The notes below the pieces were generated by a model. The model worked only from the letters and a program-made list of their open reading frames with translations. It was not told the origin of the DNA and made no database searches. A stretch of 64,000 nt of DNA from Lama glama (Eukaryota), in assembly GCA_028534125.1 (NCBI GenBank), contig CM052817.1, positions 29,514,001 to 29,578,000 of the forward strand, given 5' to 3'. Of this stretch, positions 11,891 to 23,266 are shown one piece after another. Numbering within the stretch: position 1 is the stretch's first letter; each line of letters opens with the position of its first letter. The translations under genes were made by a program, and so were the position numbers.

Positions 11891-12512
11891 GTCTGTAAGA
11901 GTGAATGAGGAGGGGTGGAGAGAGAGAAAAAGAGTGATGCAGAGGTGAAGAGAAGGATGGAAGGAGGAACAGCAGGAAAAAATAAACTAACAATGCCAAT
12001 AAAATTTGAACTATGAACAGCTGTTAAATACAACACTTGATCCATTAATTAGTAGGTTTATTGTCATATTGTTAAATGTAGATTAGTTAAATATTACATG
12101 AAATTTACCAAAAATGATAATTTGGGGTGGGAGAGGAAAGGATAGTGATAAGCCATTCTGTTTGACTATAATGAAATATCTATGCCAGTTGTATATCAAA
12201 GCCACTTTATTTTGTGGAAATAAAATCAAAGAAACTGTATCACATCCACATGTGTAGTGTTTCTTTTTGTCAGGTTTCTATACAATTTTATATAATTCAT
12301 GGTTCATGATAAATAAAGTACTTGAATAGTTACATTTTTTTCCTACTATACTTCGTTTAGATCGAGGTTGGACTTAGTGGTCGCTCCATATCTTGTTTGT
12401 CATAATAACGACATAGAATTAAAGAATGTTAACTGGAGGGAGTTTAAGTGTTTATCTTTTCATTTTTCAACATTGCATAGGTATAAAGATTTATATAGAG
12501 AAGTAAAGTGTT

Positions 12513-12755
12513 GCAGGGAGAGATAAACTAGGAATTTGGGCTTAACAGGTACACATCACTATATATAAAATACGTAAACAACAAGGACCTACTGTGTAGC
12601 ACAGGAAACTATTTCAATTTCTTGTAATAAGCTATAATGGAAAATAATCTGAAAAAATACATGTATGTATGTGGATAACTGAATTGCTTTGCTGTACACA
12701 TGAAACTAACACTATAAATCAACTACACTTCAATAAAAATAAAATTAAAAAAAGA
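12513..12755 (+). mobile_element. 5'-truncated L1 3'UTR fragment inserted in a MIR-like relic
   Basis: 'ataaactaggaatttggg...aacaacaaggacctactgtgtagcacagg...aaatcaactacacttcaataaaa' plus A tail; TSD aaagtgtt at 12505-12512 and 12756-12763. Confidence 0.88.
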
Positions 12756-14829
12756 AAAGTGTTTTGTCAAGAGTTTATAGGAACAGGTAGAGGTTGCCTA
12801 CATGGAAAGAGGGTACTTTAGATGACAATACAGAAATGTCTGTTTATAAGATATGTTTAAAATTCATCTATATTGTTAACATGATGTGGATGCTGTATAA
12901 TAAATTTAATTCATAAATGATATTCTTTCCAACCTTGATTGAAGTAATTTCCTGCAAGTTTTGGTTGGCACTACTTTTGACTTTAGGGGCTATGAGCTTT
13001 GCTGTACCTGGCTGACTGTTACGGTTTTCTCAGTGGTCAGTCTCACTAGTCAAAGAGAAGTGAGTTTAGAAAGCATGTGAGGTGGTAGCTCCTGAGTAAA
13101 CTATAAAGTTCAGTCAGTGGTTGCAGGGGTCAGGAAGGAGTACAGATTTGAAGTCAATTTCTGGATTAGAGTTATTGCTGGTGAACATTATGGTACTAGA
13201 ACTAAGTATCTCAACACAAAACAAAGATCAGCAATTATAATCTTCCTGTAAACAGCTCTTATCAACATCATTCTCCTGGTTTTTGTTCTAATGGACTTAT
13301 GAGCCCTTTGCTTCTAATATATTCAAGTCAGGATACTAAAAAAATGTCTTCAGCCATATATTTGGAATTCAGTTTTCGTGCATTGTATGCTTTCTACAGT
13401 CTCTAAACTGAATGATTTGATCTTTAATTTAAAAAGTCATTATTGACCTATATGATTTGTGTTAGAGATATCTGGTTACTGTGTGTTGATGGAGGATTCT
13501 AATTTTTGTAGCAATATACCATGGGCAGCCATACATAAACAACAGTAAATAAAAAGATTATCTGGATCTCTTAGTCAAGAAATTGATTTTCTGTAGGATC
13601 CTATTTAAAGTCTTAGTCTCGGAATAAGACAGCAGTGTTTTATAAAGAAAACACTGTCATGCTTAAGAAATCAATCTTACAGAGAAAGGAAAAGACACAA
13701 AAGAAACACTATTTGAAGCAAAGCTGAGTTTTACCATTGCGTTTCAGGTCAGTGGTTTTACACAGTACATGAGCAAACTCATCACCCCTTGTTGTCCAGT
13801 TCAATCATGGAGAGACATGGTTTTGGTATATACAAAGGAAAAGAACTTGAAAATGTTCTGTAATGCTTTGTTCAAAGCCCATGGGGAAATCGTTCTAAAA
13901 GTGTTTTATGTGTGTGTGAGATTTATCAAGATGATTAAATTCTCTAAAAAAAGTTTTCATAAATGCTTTTGATCTTTTCCTACTGTCACTTTTAAAGAGC
14001 ATACTATTCTGTGATCTACTTGGTCCCCTGTCTCTGTGTAATGTCTCAATTTCTACTTACTAGAAAATCCTTTACAAGAACACAAGATTTTAGGATAGCA
14101 AAGAGAAAAGAAAACTGATTTTTTTTGAGATTATAGATATTAAATACTAGTATTCTGAAGACAAACAGAACTAACTGATAAACATCAGTAGAAAATGAAT
14201 ATACATTACCAAACAGAGAATGTTTATTAGGATCCAAAATTGAAAGGGTATTTCTCTAAGGAAATCAAAAGAACTTTCTTTAGGCAAGCTTGGAAGTTAA
14301 AATCTTCACAAATATCTGTTTTTAAAGAATCTAATGTTCTCTGCTTATAAAGAAAGAAAAATTGCATTTACTGTTTTGAAACATGACAAAGTTATATAGG
14401 TAAAACTACTTATAACTCTTCAATCATTATGCAAATTTTAAGATTATAATGACTATAATTATAATCATTTAACAAAAATTTAATTAACTCCAATAATTGA
14501 ACAGTATTTAATAATTCTAATTATTTTCATTTTCATAATCTCAAAATTTCACCCAGAGTAAATCTGCTTTGTAGGAGGTAGAGTAATACTTCTTTTCAGC
14601 TAATAAAAGAGAAGTTTTGAGGCCAGTCTGAGAGTGTTCCTACCCTAGACCAATGATGACTGCCATTGTGGAACAGGACCAAACACTTTAGTTCTTATCA
14701 CAAAGCATCATGTCTGCTTATAAAAAGGACTAACATGCATTTGCAATATGACAAATGGCCATACATATCTTCATTCCCTTTCCAAACAGAATAAAGGAAA
14801 TACTTTTTTTTGAAAACACAGTAGGATGT

Positions 14830-15180
14830 CTGCTCTCAGTATTTCCATGGTAGTCATTAAGAGTGTTCTTAATATTCCAGCTGTCTCCTTATAGTGACAA
14901 GGCTGTATTAAACTTCTCAACAACTTGGAATTAGATATGGCCATGTGACTTTTTTCTTAAGACATATAAGCAGAAATGGTAAGCGTAACATTCAGGATGA
15001 AGCAGTGAGCAACCAACCGTGCATGCTTTTCTTTTTCTTTTTTTATATTTTGCTTCCTTTTGGCATGGTGATTGGCAAAATGGTGGCTGTTCTTTCAACA
15101 TGGACTGACAAAAGTGGTATTAGTAGAGCACTTTGCTACCCCACATATAGGTGGAAAATGCAGTAAAATTAACTTTCTTT
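14830..15180 (+). mobile_element. Old MaLR LTR (MLT1J-like)
   Basis: 'ttagatatggccatgtgact...aagcagaaatg...aaaatggtggctgttctttcaac...aaattaacttt'. Confidence 0.5.
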
Positions 15181-18100
15181 TTTTTGGTTTGCAGTTATAT
15201 GAGTTTATATAGATTTATATAAACACCAACACAGTTAGTATACACAACTCTTACATCATTTCCAAAATTTCCCTCTTTTCATTTGTGTAGTCAAACACTC
15301 TTTCTCACTCAAACCTCTGGAAACCATTGATATTTTCTCTGGTCCTACAGTTTTATCTTTTCCAGAATGTCATATAAAATGGAACCATATAGAGCATAAT
15401 ATTCTGAGACTGGCTTTGTTCACTCAGTATAATGTCTTTTAGATTTACCAATGTGTCACATGTTATTGAAGCTCATTTCTTTTTATTGTGGAGTAAGTCT
15501 TTCATTGTTTGAACGTAGTAGTTTCTTTATCCATCCACTTAATGAAGGACATTTTGATGACTGCCAGTTTTTTTCTGGTGATTATGAATAAAAAAGATAT
15601 AAACCTTGTTTGTAGGCTTTGATTTCAACATGAATTTTCATTTCACTCCTCAATATCAGAGTGGGAATTCTGGGTCACATGGTAAATGCATATGTAACTT
15701 ACAAGAAACTTTCAAAATTTAGTAGAGCAGTGTACAATTTTACATTCCCACTACCAAAGTATGAGTCACGGTTGCTCTCTATCCACAGCAGTACTTGATA
15801 TTGTCAGATTTTATGAATTTAGCTATTCTAATAGATGTGTAGTGGTATCTCATTATAGTTCAAATTTGAATTTCCTTAATGATTAATTAGGTCAAACATC
15901 TCATGTACTTATTTTCCATCTGCACATCTTTTTTGGTCAAGTGACTCCTCAAGTCTTTTGCCCATTTTTTAACTGAGTGGTTTATATTTTTATCATGAGT
16001 TTTGAGAAATTTTTGTATTTTCCAGATATAAGTCCTTTACTAGATACGTGATTGCAAATATTTCCTCTTTGTAACTTGCCTTTTCATTTTCTTTATAGTG
16101 TCTTTCATGGAGTAAATGTTTTAATTCTAAAATCTAATTTACCAGTATTTTTCTTTTAAAGGTTTATCTTTTGTTGCTGTATCTAAGCATTCTGGGTCTA
16201 ATCCAAGGTTATAAAGCTTTCTCCTAGGTTTTCTTTTAAAATTTCATTGTTTTGTGTTTTAAGTTAATGTCTATAATCCATTTTGTTATCATTTTAAAAT
16301 GAAGTATAATTGATCAAAGACATATGACAGTTCCAGAAGCACAAGAAAGTAATTAGATATTTCTATACATTACAAAATGATCACCATACGTCTAGTTACC
16401 ATCTGTCATCAAAGTTCTCACAATATTATTGACTACATTCCCCATGCTATAAATTTCATTTCTATGAGTCACTTATTTTGAAACTAGAAGTTTCTACTAC
16501 TTAACCTCCCTCACCTATTTCACCCACCCTCCTTCCCTCTAGCAACCATTTTTTCTCTGTATGAGTCTGTTTCTGTTTTATGCTTGTTCATTATTTTTTT
16601 TAGATTTTGCATATAAGTGAAATTGTATGGTATTTGTCTTTTTCTGATTTATTTCACTTAGCATAATACATTCCGGGTCCATCCATGTTGTCACAAATGG
16701 CAAGATTCAATTATTTTTATGATTGAGTCATATTCCATTATCTGTCTGTATATGTCTGTCTGTCTCTCTCTCACATACTCTTTATCCATCATCTATTGAT
16801 GGCCACTTAGGTTGCTTCTATATCTTGGTTACTGTAAATAATGTTGCCATGAACATAGGAGCACATATATCTTTTCCAATTAGTGTTTTTGTTTTCTTCA
16901 GAAAAATACCCAAGGAGTGAAATTGCTAGATTGTATGACAATTATATTTTTACTCGTTTGAGGAACCTCCAAGTGGCTGGGCCAACTTTCATTCCCACTG
17001 ACACAGTACAAGGGCTCTTTCCTCCACATCCAAACCAACATTTGTTACTTATTGACTTATTGTCTTTTTTGATGATAGCCATTCTGGTAAGTATGAAGTG
17101 GTATCTCATGATTTTGAATTGTATTTCCCTGATGATTAGTGATGTTGAGCATCTTCTAATGTGCTTGTTGGCCATCTGTGTGTATTCTTAGGGGAAAAAA
17201 TTCTGTTCAGGTTCTCTGCCCATTTTTAATGAGGCTTTTTTTATGTTCAGTTATGAGAGTTCTTTGTATATTTTGGATATTAACTCCTTTTCAGATATAT
17301 AGTTTGCAAACATCTTCTTCCATTCAGTAGGATGCCTTTATGCTCTGTTGATAGTTTCCTGTGCTGTGCAAAGCTTTTTAGTTTGATATAGTACCACTGT
17401 TTATTTATTATTTTATTTCCATTGCCTGAGGAGACATATCAAAAAATATTGTTAAGACCACGTAGCAGAATGTTTCCTTCTGGAAGTTTTATGGTTTCAG
17501 GTGTTACATTTAAGTGTTTAGTCCATTTTTAGTTTTTTTTTTCTTTATATACGGTGTGAGAAAATATTCATTTCACTTTTTTCATGTAGCTTTCCAGTTT
17601 TCCCAATACCAATTATTGAAAAGGCTGTCTTTCCCCTGTCATCTCTGTCATAAGTTAACTGACAATATACACATGGGTTTGATTCTTGGATCTCTATGAT
17701 ATTTGATTGATCTATGTGTCTGTTTTCCTTTTTAACCATTACCAAACTGTTTTAGTTATCGTAGCTTTGTAATATAGCTGGAAATTAGAGATTGTGATAT
17801 CTCCACCTTTGTTCTTTCTCAAGATTGTCTTGGCTATCCCAGATCTTCTATGTTTTCATACAAATTTTAGAATTACTTGTCCTATTCCTGTGAAAAAATC
17901 CCATTGGCATTTTGATACTGCACTGAATCTGTAGATGGTTTTGGGTAGTATGGACATTAAGCAATATTAATTCTTTCAATCCATGAACATGGTGTATCAT
18001 AGATATCTTTTCATTTTTTGTCTTTTTCAGTTTCTTTCATCAATGTCTTATAGTTTTTAGTGTGCAGGTCTTTCATTTCTTTGGTTTGATTGATTCCTAG

Positions 18101-21030
18101 GTATTTTAATCTTTTTATGCAATTGTAAATAGAACTGTTTTCTTAATTTCTCTTTCTGTTAGTTCATCATTAGTGTAAAGAATCATCACAGACTTCTGTC
18201 AACTGATTTTGTATCTTGCAACTTTACTGAATTCATTTATTAATTTAAGAGGTTTGCAGTGGAGTCTTTAGGGTTTTCTATATATAGTATTATATCATCT
18301 GCAAATAGTGATGATATTACTTCCTCCTTTTCAGTTTGGATACTTTCATTTCTTCTTCTTGTCTTATTGCCATGGTAGGACTTCCAATACTATGTTGAAT
18401 AAAAGTGGTGGACATGAGCATCCTTGTCTTGTTCCTGATCTTAGAGGGAATGCTTTCATCTTTTCACTGCTGAGTATGATGTTAGTTGTGGGTATGTCAT
18501 ATATGGCTTTTATTATGTTGAGGTATGTTCCCTCTATGTCTACTTTCTGGACTTTCTGGATAGTGTTTTTTTAATCATAAATAGATGTTGAATTTTATCA
18601 AAAGTTTTTTTTTGCATCTACTAAGATATCATATGGTTTTTATTATTCAATTGGTTAATGTGGTGTATCACATTGATATATTTGCAGACGTTGAAAAGTC
18701 CTTGCATCCTTAGGGTAAACACCACTTGATCATGGTGTATGATCCTTTTAATGTAGGGCTGGATTTGGTTTGCTGGTATCCTGTTGAGGATTTTTGCATC
18801 TATGTTCATCAGTGATATTGGACTGTAATGTTCTTCTTACATGATATCTTTGTCTAGTGTTGGTATCAGGGTAATGGCAGCTTCCTAGAATGAGTTTGGA
18901 AGTGTTCCTTCCTGTACAATTTTTGGAAGATGTTTGGAAGATGGCTTCAGGAAGATGTTAACTCTTCTTTAAAATGTTTGGTAGAATTGACCTGTGAAGC
19001 TGTCTGGTCCTGGACTTTTCTTGGTTGAGAGTACTTTTATTACGGTTTCAATTTAATTACTGGTAATTGGTCTGTTTATATTTTCTATTTCTTCCTGATT
19101 CAGTCTTGGAGGAGTGTATGTTTCTAGGAACTTACTCATTTTTTCCTAGGTTGTCCATTTTATGGCCATATAAATGTTCATAGTAATCTCTTATGATCCT
19201 CTGTATTTCTGTGGCATCAGCTGTAACTTCTCTTTCACTTTGATTTTATATGATTTTCCATTTTTCCTTCATACGTTTGGCTAAAGGTTTATCTATTTTG
19301 TTTCTCTTTTCAAAGGACCAGCTCCTGATTTCATTGATCTTTTTCTCTATTTTATTTGTGCTCTGATCTTTATCTCTTTCCTTTACTAACTTTATTTGAG
19401 ATTTTTTTGTTTTGTTTCGTGAGGGGTAGGCATGTATGAAAGCTATAAACTTCCTTATTGGAACTGATTTTGCTACATCCCATAGATTTCGGATCACTGT
19501 GTTTCTATTTTAATTAGTCTCTGGGTGTTTTTCAGTTCCCCCCTTGATTTCTTCAGTGACCCACTGGTTACTAAGTAGAATATTTTTTTAGCCTCTACAT
19601 GTTTATGCCTTTTGCAGTGTTTATCTTGTAGTTGATTTCTAGTCTTATACCACTGTGGTCGGAAAAGTTGCTTAATATGATTTCAATCTTTTTAAACTTA
19701 CTGAGACTTGTTTTGTGATGCAGCATGTGATCTATCCTGGAGAATATTCCATGTGCACTTGAAAAAAATGTGTATTTTGCTTCTTTTGAATAGATTTTAT
19801 ATATATATATACACGTATATACGTGTATATATATATATATATATAAAATCTTTTAATGTGTCATTTGACATCAGTGTTTCCTTATTGATTTTCTCTCCAG
19901 ATGATCTGTCCATTGATGTAAGTGGGATGTTAAATTCCCTACTAATATTGTGACAGTGTGAATTTCTCTCTTTTTATTTGTTAGTATTTGCTGTATGTAT
20001 TTAGATACTCCCATTTTGGGATATATCTTCTTTCTTGTTAAATTGATTCCTTGATTGTTATGTAACATCTTTCTTTGCTTTTATTATAGAGTCTTTGTTT
20101 TAAAGCCTATTTTGTCAGTTATAAGTATTGCTACTCCAGATTACTATTTGTATCTATTTGCATGAAAGATGTTTTTACATCCACTCACATTCAGTCTGCA
20201 TGGTTATTTTTACATTTTTTTTAAATTTAGTGACAGTCATTTTACAATGTTGTGTCAAATTTTGGTGTAGAGCACAATTTTTCAGTTATACACGAATATA
20301 TATATATTCATTGTCACTTTTTTTTTACCGCTATGAGCTACCACAAGATCTAGTATATAATTCTCTGTGCTATACAGTATAATCTTGTTTATCTATTCTG
20401 CATTTTAAAATCCCAGTCTGTCCCTTCCCACCTCCCCACCCCCTTGGCAACCACAAGATTGTATTCTATGTCTATAAGTCTGTTTCTGTTTTGTATCTTT
20501 GGTTTTTTTGTTTTTTTCTTTTAGATTCCTCATATGAGCGATATCATATGGTATTTTTCTTTCTCCTTCTGGATTACTTCACTTAGAATGACATTCTCCA
20601 GGAACATCCATGTTTCTGCAAATGGCTTTATGTTGTTGGTTTTTATGGCTGAATAGTATTCCATCATATAAATATACCATATCTTTACTCAGTCTATCTG
20701 TTGATGGACATTTAGGCTGTTTCCATGTCATGGCTATTGTAAATAGTGCTGCTATGAACATTGGGGTGCAGGCATCATTTGGAAGTAGGGCTCCTTCTGG
20801 ATATATGCCCAGGAGCGGAATTCCTGGGTCCTATGGTAAGTCTATGCTTAGCCTTTTGAGGAAACTCCATACTGTTTTCCACAGTGGCTTTCCTTGCTTC
20901 CCTCTCCCACTCTTAATGATATAGATGTCTTCTTTTACAATTTTGTGTTTATTCTTTTTGTAATTCATAGCAGTTATCTCCTTTCCAGTTATGAGTTTCT
21001 CATTTTTGTAGCATCCTGCTTCTTTTCTAT

Positions 21031-21929
21031 TTAGAGTAGGCCTGTCAATATTTCTTTTAGCATGGGTTTAGTGTTGCTAAACTCTTTTAGTTTTTGCTTC
21101 TCTGTGCAGTTCTTTATCTCTCCTTCTATTCTAAAGGATAGCCTTGCTGGATAGAGTATCCTAGGCTGTATCTTTTTCTCATTCAGGACTTTGAATATAT
21201 CTTGCCACTCCCTTATGGCCTGTGTAGTGTTTGTGTAGAGCAATCAGCTGAGAGCATTATGGGGATTCCCTTGTAACTCACTCTTTGTTTTTCTCTTTGC
21301 TGCCTTTAGGATCATTTCTTTATCCTTGTCTCTGGCCATCTTGATTAGATATGTCTTGCTGTGGGTCTGTTTGGGTTCTTGCTGTTTGGGATCCTCTGAG
21401 CCTCCTGTACTTGGATATCTGATTCCTTTAGGTTCGGGAAGTTTTCAGTCTTGATTTCTTCAAATACCTTTTCAATCCCCTTTGTTCTTTCTTCCCCTTC
21501 TGGAACCCCTATTATGCGTAGATTGGCATGCTTTATATTATCCCATAGGTTCCTTATATTGTTTTCATTGTTTTTTATTTGTTTTTCTCTCAGCCGTTCT
21601 GATTGGGTGCTTTCTGTTGTCCTGTCTTCTAGGTCACTTATTCGTTCCTCTGCATTATCTAGCCTGCTTTGTACAGCCTTTAGGTCAGCTCTCATCTCAG
21701 CAAATTAGTTTACTAATTCTACTTGATTCTCATTTATAGCTTCTATTTCATTTTTGAGATATTTTATATCTCTAAACACTATTTCTTTTAGTTCCTTCAG
21801 TATTTTGATCATTCCTTTTTTGAAATCTTGATCTACTAGGCCATCATTGTCTATTTCCTTGATCACTCTTTCAGAGGATTTCTCTTGTTCTTTTAATTGG
21901 GAGTGGTTCCTCTGCTTCATATTGTTCAT
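21031..21929 (-). pseudogene. L1 ORF1p, nearly complete, with a nonsense codon and frameshifts
   Basis: ORF-track pieces 21705-21929, 21345-21695 and 21031-21243: coiled coil SRLDNAEERISDLED, LWDNIKHANLRIIGVPEGEE, QPRILYPARLSF. Confidence 0.93.
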
Positions 21930-21959
21930 ATCTCTCTGGCACTGTGGCTTAAAGAGTAT

Positions 21960-23266
21960 TAGTTATCTAGTTCTCCTGGAGGAGATATGCTCTTAATGAT
22001 TTTATTGAGAGGTCTTTGTGTCTTTGCCCTGTTTCGCGAACTCAGCTTGCTGTTTCCAGAGGCCCTCTGTTGGCGCCTTATCTGTGCTGCTCCCAGTGGC
22101 TGTAGCCTAGCAGATTGCACCCCCTCCCAACACTGGGTCAGGTACTGAGCTCTTACCTGGTGGGTGGGCAGGTGGGTCACTCCCCCACCCAATGCTGCAG
22201 TCAGATGCTGTGCTCAGGCGAGGCAGGTGGGCGGATCACGCCCCCTCCTAGCACTGTGGTCAGGTGCTGTGTTCCTGCCAGGAAAGCGGGTTGCTGCCTG
22301 CCCTCTCCTGGCGCCAGTAGCTCCACTGCTCTGTGCAGCTGCCCGCTCCGCCTCGGGTAGGTGCTCTGAAGGCAGACTTGGGGAAGACCGCAGAACAGCC
22401 CCACCCCTGCTCTGTGCCAAATCTCAGCTCCTTGTTTGTCTTGGTGGTGCGAGGTCTCTGAGGTGCCAGGGCAGAAAGATCCTATCTGCCTCATAATGTA
22501 AACAAGTTTCAGTCCTGTGGAGGTTGCGGAGCCCCTGGGTGCAGATTCAGGTCTCGGCCTCACCCCTACTCAGGTGCTGTGCACAGAAGGAGATGGCAGC
22601 TGTGTCTGCACCCTGCCTCTCTTCTCGCGAGAAGTGCCAGTAATGGCAGCACAGGTCTGAGGAGACAAAGGCTACAGTGCCCCTCCCCCCAGGGCACACC
22701 AGCTGTGTTGCTTCCCTTTTTATGCAATTTTTGGGGGACCGAGGTTGTTCTGCTCTGTAACCCCCTCCCAGCCATGGTGCTCAGCCCCCTGAAGTCCTCC
22801 AGAGCTGCATTAGTGTAGCCGCTCCAGTCCACCCGGCTCGGGCAGCCTGTCCTGGCCCCAGCTGCTGGCTCGCGTCTCAGGCTGGGTGTCGCAGGGACCC
22901 TTTGTCCCATTTAACTCAGTTCTGTCGGTCAAAGGGTGCTCAGGGCAGATCTGAGCCTTGGAGGCTACCCCTCCGTCCCACTGGCCTCTCCGTTGGAGAG
23001 GGGAGACCCAGCGAACAAGCGCCCGTCCTTCTTTGCTGCTCCCTCTGTGCAGGATCGGTCCCGCACTGTTTTGCTTTTTCTTCTTTCTTTTTTCCTTTTC
23101 TCCTACCATATTTTTGGCGTCTTTGTCTTTCGAATAGGGTGATGTTCTGTCAGAGTTCAACAGGCGCCCTGGTTGGCTGAGGGGGTCCGGAGATGTGAGT
23201 TTTGGTGTATTTGTGGGAGAGGGTGAGCTACAAGTGTCCTTCTACTCCACCATCTTGCTTTGTTCT
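21960..23266 (-). promoter_or_regulatory. L1 5'UTR internal Pol II promoter region with a YY1-type motif near the 5' end
   Basis: The most GC/CpG-rich stretch of the window. Minus-strand CAAGATGGTGG at 23247-23257 lies about 10 nt from the element start, as in L1 5' ends. Activity is not shown. Confidence 0.7.
22108..22335. repeat. About four degenerate tandem monomers of roughly 55-60 bp within the L1 5'UTR
   Basis: Units such as 'cagattgcaccccctcccaacactgggtcaggtactg', 'gggtcactcccccacccaatgctgcagtcagatgctg' and 'cggatcacgccccctcctagcactgtggtcaggtgctg'. Confidence 0.75.

Larger units (their letters stand above)
20203..23266 (-). mobile_element. Young L1 with complete 5' end, ORF1 and 3' end but lacking almost all of ORF2 (half-L1-like), about 3.06 kb
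   Basis: TSD attcagtctgcatg at 20189-20202 and 23267-23280; GC/CpG-rich 5'UTR; ORF1 at 21929-21031; inter-ORF sequence fused to the ORF2 C-terminus at about 20889; T-rich tail near 20205-20222. Confidence 0.93.

Noticed and set aside
22108..22335. Periodic repeats superficially like a CRISPR array
   Set aside because: Degenerate tandem units without unique spacers, in mammalian L1 context, with no cas genes.
21959..23180. Cluster of overlapping GC-rich ORFs, resembling a CpG-island gene or ORF0
   Set aside because: It lies within the TSD-bounded L1 5'UTR. Stop-poor GC composition explains ORFs on both strands, and no protein is recognisable.
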